Virus record (IMG/VR): IMGVR_UViG_3300026472_000003
Coordinates: 18,851 to 82,850 of that record
Reading direction: 5' to 3' (one strand)
DNA length: 64,000 bases
DNA from: a virus
Taxonomy: Duplodnaviria > Heunggongvirae > Uroviricota > Caudoviricetes
In this document: positions 32,839 through 42,012 of the stretch, one piece after another
Layout: every line of letters begins with the position of its first letter
Numbering within the stretch: the first letter of the stretch is position 1
Notes under the pieces: generated by a model
Told to the model about the DNA's origin: nothing
What the model saw: the letters and a program-made list of their open reading frames with translations, nothing else
Databases searched by the model: none
Translations under genes and position numbers: made by a program

Positions 32839-33150
32839 ATGAAATCTAAAGCTGAAAACATAGACAGGTTTGGTATTATCTACCTGACAGGAATGGATGG
32901 TAATTCCAGAAGTGTTTCTCTGAAAAGTATAAACACAGCCGAGTTAAAGTATCTTCTGCATTGCCGTCCGTTAGCAAGTGAAACTCGACTGACGGAAAGA
33001 AAGTTCGGTGCTGAAATTTCCTTTTGTGTAGAAGAGAAACCGAAAGAGATATTGGATATCATCGAGTACCACGATGAGTATTTTTCCAGCGATGTTCGCG
33101 GTTTCCTTGAACGGAACGGCCTTGTGGCAATTAAAGGGGAGAAGTTCTAA
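32839..33150 (+). CDS. hypothetical protein
   Basis: AGGTTACATT-ATG start at 32839. Confidence 0.7.
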   Translation: MKSKAENIDRFGIIYLTGMDGNSRSVSLKSINTAELKYLLHCRPLASETRLTERKFGAEISFCVEEKPKEILDIIEYHDEYFSSDVRGFLERNGLVAIKGEKF

Positions 33151-33710
33151 TGCAATGTCGTGAACTACAATGGCGTGAAGATGAAATCCGCTTAGATACA
33201 GAAGCGTTTAACTTATGGCCCCACAGCGATCTTAGTGAGGCCGAGAGGGAAGCACTCAATAAGCTAAACATTGAAATAGTTGACCTCATGAAAAAACACA
33301 ATATTAAGGTTGTATTTCCTACGGGATTGGAGCCTTTAAAGTCCCAGTTGGAAGCTGACTTCACGGGTATCGAAGAGTCTGCCAGAAAGTTTATGGAAGA
33401 TGCCCAACTCTGGGATGACCGTATTTATGGGGCAGATGAAGAGTTTGTGGAAACGGCTGATGTCAAGTTGCCAAGAAACTTATTCGCCCGTGAAGAGACT
33501 GACGGAGGAAAGAAGATTGTTGTCCTCGGTGCCGGACATGGGAAGATTTGCTCCACTCTAACGGCTGCACTTCTGGCAGGAGTTACGACACTCTACAACG
33601 ACACTTGGTCTCCGAATCATGTCGAGAGAGCTTTGTTCTCTGATTATAACCAGACCAGACTCCGCAAGGGTAAAGGCCACAATCGCTACAAGAAGGGTAA
33701 GAAGAAGTGA
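33150..33710 (+). CDS. hypothetical protein with a basic C-terminal tail
   Basis: AGGGGAG RBS; ends RLRKGKGHNRYKKGKKK. Confidence 0.75.
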   Translation: MQCRELQWREDEIRLDTEAFNLWPHSDLSEAEREALNKLNIEIVDLMKKHNIKVVFPTGLEPLKSQLEADFTGIEESARKFMEDAQLWDDRIYGADEEFVETADVKLPRNLFAREETDGGKKIVVLGAGHGKICSTLTAALLAGVTTLYNDTWSPNHVERALFSDYNQTRLRKGKGHNRYKKGKKK

Positions 33711-33797
33711 CTTTGACCCTTTTTAATGTGAGTGTTGTTGCTGGGATTGTTGGGCTTATTGGGCTTTTTCTTGTTGGTTTTGTTATGTATCAATCAC

Positions 33798-34244
33798 ATG
33801 GTGGAAGAAATGACTGATCGTGAACTTATTAAATTGTGTCATAATTTGATTGCTCGGCACGGTACGTTGCGGTTTTGTTGTGGTGGCCCGTGTGCCTGTA
33901 TGGGGTGTGTGAATAGAGACCTGTCAAAAGAGCAGTATGAATATGCCTTGACATTACCGCAAATCCAGGAGATGTTGGAGAACCCTCCCCACCTCTGGCG
34001 GGATCGTCCTGATGGGTCTCTTGCACAGCGCCTTGAGGCTTACAAACGGTCTAAGTTGCCAGCGGAGTCTGCTTTTGATGAAGGTGTGCGTTTAGCGAAA
34101 GAAGGTGTTCTTCTCTCAGATACTTGGGCCAAGACATCCCATGAAAACTTCGATAAGTTGGATGACGTACTCGAAGGATGGATGTCCATAAACGGGAGTG
34201 ATGATGGCAAAAAAGATCAAACTAATCCCATCTCTCCTGAATGA
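33798..34244 (+). CDS. Cys-cluster hypothetical protein
   Basis: FCCGGPCACMGC motif; start uncertain (33798 or 33810). Confidence 0.65.
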   Translation: MVEEMTDRELIKLCHNLIARHGTLRFCCGGPCACMGCVNRDLSKEQYEYALTLPQIQEMLENPPHLWRDRPDGSLAQRLEAYKRSKLPAESAFDEGVRLAKEGVLLSDTWAKTSHENFDKLDDVLEGWMSINGSDDGKKDQTNPISPE

Positions 34245-34383
34245 GTTTTGGGAAGTTGAACGGGTTGACTGCTATCTTGGCGGTTTTACCTACCGGAGAC
34301 AGAGGGTTTTCTGTTGTTGTGCAAGAACCAAACAACAAGTGAAGGACTCTATGGCTGAATATAAAAAACGGATGTGTGAATAA
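34201..34383 (+). CDS. hypothetical protein
   Basis: GGGAG RBS. Confidence 0.5.
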   Translation: MMAKKIKLIPSLLNEFWEVERVDCYLGGFTYRRQRVFCCCARTKQQVKDSMAEYKKRMCE

Positions 34384-34385
34384 CT

Positions 34386-34625
34386 ATGGCTAATCAATAC
34401 TTCTTTACCTTCGGTGCCAACCATGTATGCCGCGAAGGGAAATCATTGGGTGCCCGTTTCGTCAAGGTAACGGCGGAGAGCATGGAAGAAGCCCGAGAGA
34501 TTATGTGGCGAGCAAGAGGTGACAAGTGGGCATTCTGCTACACGGCTGAGGATTTTAGACCGCAGGTTGGCTTCTATCAGCTTGCGGAGATTGACATTTA
34601 TGATGCCGCCTTTATGCGGATTTAG
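34386..34625 (+). CDS. hypothetical protein
   Basis: YFFTFGANH...W motif-like; packed in the operon. Confidence 0.7.
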   Translation: MANQYFFTFGANHVCREGKSLGARFVKVTAESMEEAREIMWRARGDKWAFCYTAEDFRPQVGFYQLAEIDIYDAAFMRI

Positions 34626-34637
34626 AGGAGTGATTTT

Positions 34638-35150
34638 ATGGTAGAGTTAAAACTTGACACGATGGCGCTTAACGCACTGTTCCCAGAGGGGACAGAGGCC
34701 CGTGTGGCACTACAACAAGCTGTAATCAACAACATAACCACAAACATTTTGGATAAGCGTATTAACAAGGATATTACGCAACAGATCCAATTGGCGGCGG
34801 AAGCCTTTGGGGTTAATACCAGTATGCAGGAACAGATACAGACGCAACTGAAAACGTATCTCACTGCACGTAGTTGGAATAAGCCTGTTAAGATTCAGGA
34901 TTCACGTTCTTCCGAGGTGAAGAGCCTTGTAGAGAGTGAGGTGAGAACATACACCCATGAACTTTTTGAGAATATCATCAAGACCTGCACCGAAGAAGCG
35001 AAAAAACAGTTTGAAGTTGGCATGGAGCGCAAGATCAAATATGCCCTCAGTCAGGCTGAGTCTCATTTCGCCAGCCGTCTGAACGAAAACTTCAAGGGGG
35101 TCTTGGATGCTGCCTTGGCGCAACGTCTTGGACTACAGGTGAAAGAATGA
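34638..35150 (+). CDS. helical hypothetical protein
   Basis: GAGGAG RBS. Confidence 0.75.
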   Translation: MVELKLDTMALNALFPEGTEARVALQQAVINNITTNILDKRINKDITQQIQLAAEAFGVNTSMQEQIQTQLKTYLTARSWNKPVKIQDSRSSEVKSLVESEVRTYTHELFENIIKTCTEEAKKQFEVGMERKIKYALSQAESHFASRLNENFKGVLDAALAQRLGLQVKE

Positions 35151-35704
35151 GTCTGAAATATAAACTTGGTGATCTGATAGCAGCGGCTAATAGTGGGGAA
35201 GTAAATGTTATAGCCCACGGCTGTAATTGCTTCACAACAATGGGGAGCGGCATAGCCCCGCTGGTTAAGGCTGCTTTTCCTGAGGCTTGGAAGGCTGACT
35301 TACAAACATCAAAAGGAGACAAGAGCAAGCTAGGCTCTTACTCTGTTGGGGGTACGTCCTCTGGGTTACTGGTCTATAATTTGTATTCCCAATACGGGTA
35401 CTCAGGTCGTAATAAAGGCATCAGGGATTTAGACTACAACGCTCTGTATGATTCTTTAACAGCGATGAAAAAGAATCTTACGGTCAGAGGGTTGGGGTCA
35501 GAGGGTTTTCGTGTTGGATTGCCGAAAATTGGTGCGGGGCTGGCTGGCGGCGACTGGAATGTCATTGAAGCCATGATTATGTCTGTGTTCGAGTCATACG
35601 ATGTGACCATCTATGTCTTAAAGTCGGACGAGATTCCACGTAAGGCTTTCAAAGATCCTGAGTTATGGCTTGACCATGCACTATGGCCTTTGGAGGTAAT
35701 GTGA
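35147..35704 (+). CDS. macrodomain protein (ADP-ribose binding/hydrolase, T4 Tk.4-like)
   Basis: IAHGCNCFTTMGSGIA; NLYSQY; LPKIGAGLAGGDW. Confidence 0.9.
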   Translation: MSLKYKLGDLIAAANSGEVNVIAHGCNCFTTMGSGIAPLVKAAFPEAWKADLQTSKGDKSKLGSYSVGGTSSGLLVYNLYSQYGYSGRNKGIRDLDYNALYDSLTAMKKNLTVRGLGSEGFRVGLPKIGAGLAGGDWNVIEAMIMSVFESYDVTIYVLKSDEIPRKAFKDPELWLDHALWPLEVM

Positions 35705-35919
35705 TTCCTGAACCGCAGCCAGGGACAGTCGTCCATGCAAAGAGTGTTGAACTCTTTGACTCAAGAGGAAACTCTTACACATATTCTGCCCCTCGTGGGC
35801 AGAGATTTGCCATGATTTTGATGAATGTTGTTCCGACACCAAAAGATGCAGAAGGGATCATCCACGCAGACAATTGGCTCAAAGAACAAGGTTGGGACTT
35901 AGTCCCAGACAATAAATAA
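35701..35919 (+). CDS. hypothetical protein
   Basis: GGAGGT RBS; GTGA overlap. Confidence 0.65.
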   Translation: MIPEPQPGTVVHAKSVELFDSRGNSYTYSAPRGQRFAMILMNVVPTPKDAEGIIHADNWLKEQGWDLVPDNK

Positions 35920-35937
35920 GTCGAGGAGACAAAAGGT

Positions 35938-36492
35938 ATGACAACCAAATACGTTTTAACGCAGGACTACACCACAAGCGATGACGCGAAGAAAGGCACA
36001 GTGGTTTACCGCCTTGCAGGCAGCGATTATGGCCTGGCCCGTGATGACACCGTCGCCACAGGTGTTGAGCATGTCTCGGTAACACTGAAACCGGATGGTG
36101 ATTACCCCTCGTTCACTTACCCTACACATCTGTTGCAGAAGGTGGTTTCGGCACCACATACGATTACCATGATCGGTGGTAAGCAATTTGCAGGCCGTGT
36201 TGCGAATGCTCGTCCTTTTACAGAGCAATGGCCCCGTTGCATTTGTGGTTTACTGGTAGGTAAAGACCTGAAAGGTCGTGGTTTTGATAACCATCCGATC
36301 CGTACCTCCATGGTTGAGCGACTACTACTGGAAGGTGGTAATTTGTACGCTATCACCATGAACAGCGCTTATCTGTTGGTGAATGTGGAGCTTGAAAAGT
36401 TCCTCTTGTGTCCTGAGTGGGCCGACGACCTTGATGACCTCATCACTCAAGGTACGCGCCCAGCGGTAGCAAAATCTAAATCAGCCGTTTAA
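35938..36492 (+). CDS. hypothetical protein, two-domain
   Basis: GAGGAG RBS. Confidence 0.75.
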   Translation: MTTKYVLTQDYTTSDDAKKGTVVYRLAGSDYGLARDDTVATGVEHVSVTLKPDGDYPSFTYPTHLLQKVVSAPHTITMIGGKQFAGRVANARPFTEQWPRCICGLLVGKDLKGRGFDNHPIRTSMVERLLLEGGNLYAITMNSAYLLVNVELEKFLLCPEWADDLDDLITQGTRPAVAKSKSAV

Positions 36493-36507
36493 TACAAGGA
36501 AAAACAA

Positions 36508-37560
36508 ATGACTGCACAAAAAGTTATGAAATATCCGAGCACATCTCAGCTCCGCCAGGTTGTTCGTACAGTGAAAGAGTGCCTCACCTTTGATGGTGTG
36601 GACACTGACGGAAACATCAAACGTAAGACGCCAGAGTCTTGGGTTGTGCCATACGTTGGCACCGTTAAGATTCATGGAACCAATGGCTCTATCGTTTTCC
36701 ACAGCGAAGACGAGATTGTCTATCAATCCAAAGAGCGTATTCTCGCTATTGGTGAGGACAACCAAGGCTTTATGGCCCGAATGATGCACATCGACCATAC
36801 CCGTCTGCTCGACCAGGTGAAGTACATCTGTGAGACAAACAAAATTCCATTTGCATATCCGGTAGAGGTTGCAGGTGAGTGGGCAGGTCGCGGCATTCAG
36901 AAAGGTGTTGCGGTAACCGATGTTGATCCATTCTTCACCATTTTCCGCGTGGCTGTTGGTAAGGACGAGAGCGGTTTGAACTGGCTGTCACCAATGCTAC
37001 TACTTGGTTTGACCATGGCAGACGAAGACCGTGTGTTCAATGCTCTGGACTTCGGATTCTGGATCGCAGACCTAGATTTCTCTGAGCCAGAAGGCTTTAC
37101 GAATTATCTGGTTGACATTACGGACAATGTTGAGGCAGAATGTCCTGTAGGTAAGAAGTTCGGTGTCTCTGGTGTTGGTGAAGGTGTTGTGTGGACTCCG
37201 CAAAATCCATCCCTCGCCAAGAACTCCGGCCTGTGGTTCAAAGTTAAGGGGGAGAAACACTCCGTGTCTAAAGTGAAGACGCTGGCGGCGGTTGACCCAG
37301 AGCACCTGAACTCTATCCGTGAGTTTGTGGATTACGCAGTGACTGAGAACCGTCTCCGCCAGGGCGTTGAAGAAGTTTGCAAAGAAACAGGCTTCGACTT
37401 GGCCCTTATTGGAGACTTCTTGGGTTGGGTTAGCCGTGACATCATCAAGGAAGAAGGTGATGTTCTGGCACACAACAACTTGGTCATGAAGGACGTGGGT
37501 AAGTACATTTCCAACAAGGCTCGTGCTTGGTATCTTGAGCAATTAAACAAAGGATTCTAA
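36508..37560 (+). CDS. RNA ligase, Rnl2 family
   Basis: motif I KIHGTN, III GEWAG, IV EGVVW, V FKVKG; C-terminal helical domain. Confidence 0.85.
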   Translation: MTAQKVMKYPSTSQLRQVVRTVKECLTFDGVDTDGNIKRKTPESWVVPYVGTVKIHGTNGSIVFHSEDEIVYQSKERILAIGEDNQGFMARMMHIDHTRLLDQVKYICETNKIPFAYPVEVAGEWAGRGIQKGVAVTDVDPFFTIFRVAVGKDESGLNWLSPMLLLGLTMADEDRVFNALDFGFWIADLDFSEPEGFTNYLVDITDNVEAECPVGKKFGVSGVGEGVVWTPQNPSLAKNSGLWFKVKGEKHSVSKVKTLAAVDPEHLNSIREFVDYAVTENRLRQGVEEVCKETGFDLALIGDFLGWVSRDIIKEEGDVLAHNNLVMKDVGKYISNKARAWYLEQLNKGF

Positions 37561-37561
37561 G

Positions 37562-37726
37562 ATGGCACTGATTGTCTCTACATCTAAGGCTGTGATTAAG
37601 GGCGGAAAACTCCGCTCTACAAGTGAAACACTGGTCTTTGAAAATGAAGACGAGGGCAGAAAGTATGTGGAACAAAATAAAACGTGGGTTATCCACTCTC
37701 AAAAAGCGAGGCTTATCAATGAATAA
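37562..37726 (+). CDS. small hypothetical protein (54 aa, not in the track)
   Basis: AAGGA RBS; fills the gap between neighbouring genes. Confidence 0.5.
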   Translation: MALIVSTSKAVIKGGKLRSTSETLVFENEDEGRKYVEQNKTWVIHSQKARLINE

Positions 37727-38072
37727 CGTAACAGTCAACGGGCAGGTTGTTTCAGGTGACCTCATCATAGGCAAAGTGGTTAACATCTCCTCGAATGGTG
37801 ACCGTGTCATCATTAATGGTCGAACTGTCTTGACTACAGAAGAGAAAGAGATTACAGTCATCATTAACGGAAACGTAGATGGTGGCGTGGAGACAGCATC
37901 TGGTAATGTAACGGTGCATGGGGATGTCTTCGATTTTGTCAAAACCATGTCTGGGAGCGTCCAGGTGGACGGCGGGGTTGACGGCGGTGTTAAGACAATG
38001 TCGGGCAACGTTACTGCCTCTGACATTACGGGCAAGGTGAGCACCATGTCTGGAGATATCCGCACCCGATAA
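37719..38072 (+). CDS. beta-solenoid repeat protein (DUF4097-like TxSG repeats)
   Basis: VETASGNV / VKTMSGSV / VKTMSGNV / VSTMSGDI; GAGG RBS before 37719. Confidence 0.7.
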   Translation: MNNVTVNGQVVSGDLIIGKVVNISSNGDRVIINGRTVLTTEEKEITVIINGNVDGGVETASGNVTVHGDVFDFVKTMSGSVQVDGGVDGGVKTMSGNVTASDITGKVSTMSGDIRTR

Positions 38073-38128
38073 GCAAGTGTTTTACAATGGCCCCTTTTCC
38101 TGAGGGGCTTCGTCAATAAGAGGTTAAT

Positions 38129-38638
38129 TTGAAAAAACTCATCCTATCCATTCTCTGTGCTCTTTCCATAACTACCGCCCAGCCTGCACTAGCTATTGAA
38201 AAAGCAAAGAAGCCCAAGGTTCAACACATCTGCAAAAAGAATGATGTAGCAGTGAACATTCTTGCTTGCAATATCTACCGTGAGGCACGGGGCGAGAGTG
38301 ACTACGGCATGTTGGCAGTTGGTTTCGTCACAATAAACCGGAAAGACCATGATAAGTTTCCGACATCGATCAAAAAGATTGTCTACCAAAATGGACAATT
38401 CTCTTGGACAGCATTCGGAAGTGGTTTCAAGGTGTACGAGATAGACCAGTGGCACAAGGCAAAATCTTTTGCTGAAACACTGATAAAACTTCACAAGTCA
38501 AACAAAGTTGTGTATGATACTTTAGATGTGACTAAAGGTGCCACCTATTTCACACATAAACGTATAAAACCAACATGGGCTAAATCAATGGTGAAAACAA
38601 CTACCATTGATAACCACTCGTTTTACAAAGAAAAATAA
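38129..38638 (+). CDS. cell wall hydrolase, SleB/Hydrolase_2 family, with a signal sequence
   Basis: LACNIYREARGE...AVGFVTINR...FPTSIKKIVYQNGQFSW...GATYF. Confidence 0.9.
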   Translation: MKKLILSILCALSITTAQPALAIEKAKKPKVQHICKKNDVAVNILACNIYREARGESDYGMLAVGFVTINRKDHDKFPTSIKKIVYQNGQFSWTAFGSGFKVYEIDQWHKAKSFAETLIKLHKSNKVVYDTLDVTKGATYFTHKRIKPTWAKSMVKTTTIDNHSFYKEK

Positions 38639-38661
38639 CCACACGAAGAGGGAAAGACGCA

Positions 38662-38853
38662 ATGAAAGGTACATTTCTGAATATTTTTGTTTTTATCATA
38701 ATGTGGGTAAGCGGCTGCGCCGTTTGTTTAAGAATATTGGGGCCTGACGCTGCGACCTCCACAGCTATTTTTGTAGGAGGAATAAACTATGTTGTCGCAG
38801 ACACTGTGGCAAATCTCGTCGCTGTTATCACCTCTAAGAGAGAAGGCAAATGA
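38662..38853 (+). CDS. two-TM membrane protein
   Basis: hydrophobic; GAGGG RBS. Confidence 0.65.
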   Translation: MKGTFLNIFVFIIMWVSGCAVCLRILGPDAATSTAIFVGGINYVVADTVANLVAVITSKREGK

Positions 38854-40844
38854 TTGTAACAAGAGAGTACACCGAAGCGAAGGTGTCAGATAAAGTTGAA
38901 TCATACGACGGAGGTATCGCCTTTAATGCGGAGACATTCCGTATTATTATCTCCGGCATCTACAAAGATAAGCGCCTGGCGGCGGTACGTGAGCCGCTGT
39001 TCAACGCCCTGGACAGCCACATTGAGGCTGGAAAGCATAGCACACCGATCCTCATCCACAGCCCGACGAACTTGGAGCCGTGGTACTCTGTTCAAGACTT
39101 CGGTCTTGGTATGGATAAGGACATGATAACCAAGACGTTCATGGTTCTTGGTGAATCTACCAAGCGAAACAGTAACAAGGTTGTTGGCTCGAAAGGTATC
39201 GGGTCTAAAGCTCCTTGGGCCTACACCGATATGTTCACTATCACTTCTGTTTATAACGGTGTGCAGACGGTTTATTCCGCCTACCTGAGCCGTGGTTTAC
39301 CGAAGGTTTCTGTGTTGGGGTCTCAGCCATCAGCGGATTGTAACGGGATTGAGATCAAATTCCCAGTCAACCCTAATGATGTTGACGCATTCCGTCGTGC
39401 TATAAAAGATTGCTTGACGTATGTCAAGAAACCATACGAGATCAATGACCCCTACGTTAAGGAGATCATCGATACCCACGCACCAAGCTGTTGGCACCGC
39501 CGCGAGCATGAAGGTTGGACGGTGGAGTTCTATCGGGAAAGAAAGGGCCACACCAATGTGGTCATTATGGGTGAGCAGCCTTATGTATCTAAAACCTTGA
39601 AAGACTACCCGCCCTGCTCTGTCACTATCCCTATCGGGGATTGTGATGTGTCGCCAGGCCGTGAGTACACAGAAGAGGGTGATGACGACGGTGGATTTGG
39701 TGAGCGACTAGCTGGCTTCATGAAGAAAGTCTCCGATGAGATCGGGAAGGAAATCACCGATGCTTTGGAGAAGACAACCAACATCCTGGAGGCTCGTGAG
39801 TGCTTCAAGAATAAAGAGACATCTTTCTTCGTTAAGCGATACGGCTATGAGTGGGTGTTTAAGAAGATAACCAATCTTGTAGGTAGTATTGAACTCTCTC
39901 GTAGCTCTTATTCAAAAACAGGCACACGGGCCGGATGGGTTCTTTCGGACAGCAAACCCCTTAGCCCTTTGCACTTGTTAAGCACACCTGTTGTTCTGTA
40001 TGCGGATAAGAAGTCAGCATTGAAGAGAAAGGCTGTTCATCTTGGCACAACGCACGATATTGATCGTGTACACATCGTGCATATAGGTGATAAAGGCGAG
40101 GAGCTGGCTAAAAATGAATACTTTAAGCCGATGTTCATCTATGCCACATCATTCAATGCACCGAAGCTACCAACAGTTAAGGTGGCTCGGTCAGGAAACA
40201 TCCGTGTCTGTGTGATTCGCAGAGAGGAAGAGGCCTATGACCAGTGGGTAAATAAAGCGGCCCTTGCTGATGTAGAATACTATATGATCAAAAGGGCTAA
40301 AAACCAAGATGATGCAACTTGGATGGGTTCTTTCCGAGAGGCCAAACACTATGCCAAGTTGCAATTCGACCAATTAGGTGTGGATGGGGATGAGATCTGG
40401 TTGGTAACGGAGTCCATCGAGAGACATCTTCCTAAGGGGGCTGTAAAAGTAACAAAAGAAACTTGGTTAGAGAACACAAAAGCCAGTTACCGGAAGTGGC
40501 ACATACGAAGAAATCTCCACAAGGTGGAGAAGGTTAAGAAGGCTCTGCTGGAATTTTTCGAGGTGAAAACATTGGGGCTTTCACCTACAAACGAAGAATT
40601 TCCTTACGGTTTTGGTTACTTTCGCTCAGGTGGACACTTTCACGAGACATACGGGGCGGAGGAGCAGGCGGAAAAAATCTTAAGTCGATACTCAAGACGC
40701 TTGGATGCACTTAAGGAATCTGCTCGCCAGAAGTATCCTTTGGTTTCCAAGGTTGGGTTTGACCACTGGAGCAGCCCAGAGTTCTTACATTACCGTAAAC
40801 TTATTGATAAAGAAGGAGAGGAGTGTGGCAAAACATCTATTTGA
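38850..40844 (+). CDS. rIIA: rIIA-like protein (GHKL ATPase)
   Basis: IYKDKRLAAVREPLFNALDSH, DFGLGM, STKRNSN...GSKGIGSKAP; directly upstream of rIIB. Confidence 0.9.
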   Translation: MIVTREYTEAKVSDKVESYDGGIAFNAETFRIIISGIYKDKRLAAVREPLFNALDSHIEAGKHSTPILIHSPTNLEPWYSVQDFGLGMDKDMITKTFMVLGESTKRNSNKVVGSKGIGSKAPWAYTDMFTITSVYNGVQTVYSAYLSRGLPKVSVLGSQPSADCNGIEIKFPVNPNDVDAFRRAIKDCLTYVKKPYEINDPYVKEIIDTHAPSCWHRREHEGWTVEFYRERKGHTNVVIMGEQPYVSKTLKDYPPCSVTIPIGDCDVSPGREYTEEGDDDGGFGERLAGFMKKVSDEIGKEITDALEKTTNILEARECFKNKETSFFVKRYGYEWVFKKITNLVGSIELSRSSYSKTGTRAGWVLSDSKPLSPLHLLSTPVVLYADKKSALKRKAVHLGTTHDIDRVHIVHIGDKGEELAKNEYFKPMFIYATSFNAPKLPTVKVARSGNIRVCVIRREEEAYDQWVNKAALADVEYYMIKRAKNQDDATWMGSFREAKHYAKLQFDQLGVDGDEIWLVTESIERHLPKGAVKVTKETWLENTKASYRKWHIRRNLHKVEKVKKALLEFFEVKTLGLSPTNEEFPYGFGYFRSGGHFHETYGAEEQAEKILSRYSRRLDALKESARQKYPLVSKVGFDHWSSPEFLHYRKLIDKEGEECGKTSI

Positions 40845-42012
40845 TTCACGCAAGAAGGCCCGTGAGTATGCAGCCCTGCACGGTGGGAGAATAAAAGATC
40901 GCGGTGCCTTTTTTGCAGAGAAGCGCTGGGCAGTTATTGGGGCGAGTGAGGATTCGCCTTCTGTTGTCACCACAAGGGTTTTCCTCAAGAGCCGAGGCAA
41001 GGCGCGTAAATTTTGTGAGGAAGTCAATGGTGTATTAACAGACCACGCCAAAGGGAAGGGCGAATACATCAAGAAAGACTTAGAGGAGAAGTGCCTCCGA
41101 TGGTCGGTGGAATATCGTGACCCTGCGGCAGCTACGGAAGCGGATATGGCGATTTACCGTGGGATCGCAGAAGGCCACCCGAGTCACCAAAAGCGTGACC
41201 CAGAGAAGTGCTACCCAGGGGAGAACGGTGTTCAGGGAAAAGAACCCATCGTTGTCATGACGTTGAACAACATTTGCGTCACGACTGAGGACGGTCAGCA
41301 GTTGGTCATGACACGGTCACATGAAGACTTTAAGGTTGTGGTTCAACTTTTTATGGACGGTGACCTGAAAGCTATGATTGATGTTATGTCTGTGGAGAAA
41401 AAGCCCCGTGAGTGGACATTTGGCAAGGACATTTGCGTCATGGGTGGGAAGCTGTACCACTATGGTATGGAAGTCCCACAGACTGTTTTGGCACGACGTA
41501 TCATAAGTGATTGTGAGTCAGGCCAAGACCCAGAGAAGTTTGTGAACTTTTTCCGTAAGATGATGCTTAACCCGTCTTACAGAGCCATCAGGCATATCTA
41601 TGAGTTTGTGGAGCACCACGACCTTGAGATCTTGGATGATGGAAACATCCGAGCTTGGAAGATGATCACATCAGCGGGATATGCTTATCGCGGAGTTCCT
41701 AACTTCAAAGGTATGACTATCCAGATGCCACGGAACCAGGTGGAGGATAATCCCGAGGTCACCTGTTCTTATGGGCTTCATGTTGCGGCTAAGGAATACT
41801 TCAAACACCACTTCAACGGGTATATGTTGGTAGAGGTTTCTGTGAGTCCACAAGACATTGTTTCTGTCCCAACGGACTACAAAAGAAGTAAATGCAGATC
41901 CTGTAAGTACACCATCCTTACGGGTCTACCACGTCCGGCTGACGTACCTGAGTTTTTGCAGATTGATAAAAATGGTAATCGACTAAAGGAGATCCCAGAA
42001 TATGACAAATAA
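40825..42012 (+). CDS. rIIB: rIIB-like protein
   Basis: NPSYRA...IYEF, MPRNQVEDNPEVTCSYGLH, P.DIVSVPTDY...K.R.C.Y; GTG start at 40825 behind AGGAG. Confidence 0.85.
   Translation: MAKHLFDSRKKAREYAALHGGRIKDRGAFFAEKRWAVIGASEDSPSVVTTRVFLKSRGKARKFCEEVNGVLTDHAKGKGEYIKKDLEEKCLRWSVEYRDPAAATEADMAIYRGIAEGHPSHQKRDPEKCYPGENGVQGKEPIVVMTLNNICVTTEDGQQLVMTRSHEDFKVVVQLFMDGDLKAMIDVMSVEKKPREWTFGKDICVMGGKLYHYGMEVPQTVLARRIISDCESGQDPEKFVNFFRKMMLNPSYRAIRHIYEFVEHHDLEILDDGNIRAWKMITSAGYAYRGVPNFKGMTIQMPRNQVEDNPEVTCSYGLHVAAKEYFKHHFNGYMLVEVSVSPQDIVSVPTDYKRSKCRSCKYTILTGLPRPADVPEFLQIDKNGNRLKEIPEYDK

Noticed and set aside
37484-38116. 210-aa minus-strand ORF with TLPD repeats
   Set aside because: Antisense shadow of the TxSG repeat gene, which has an RBS and fits the operon
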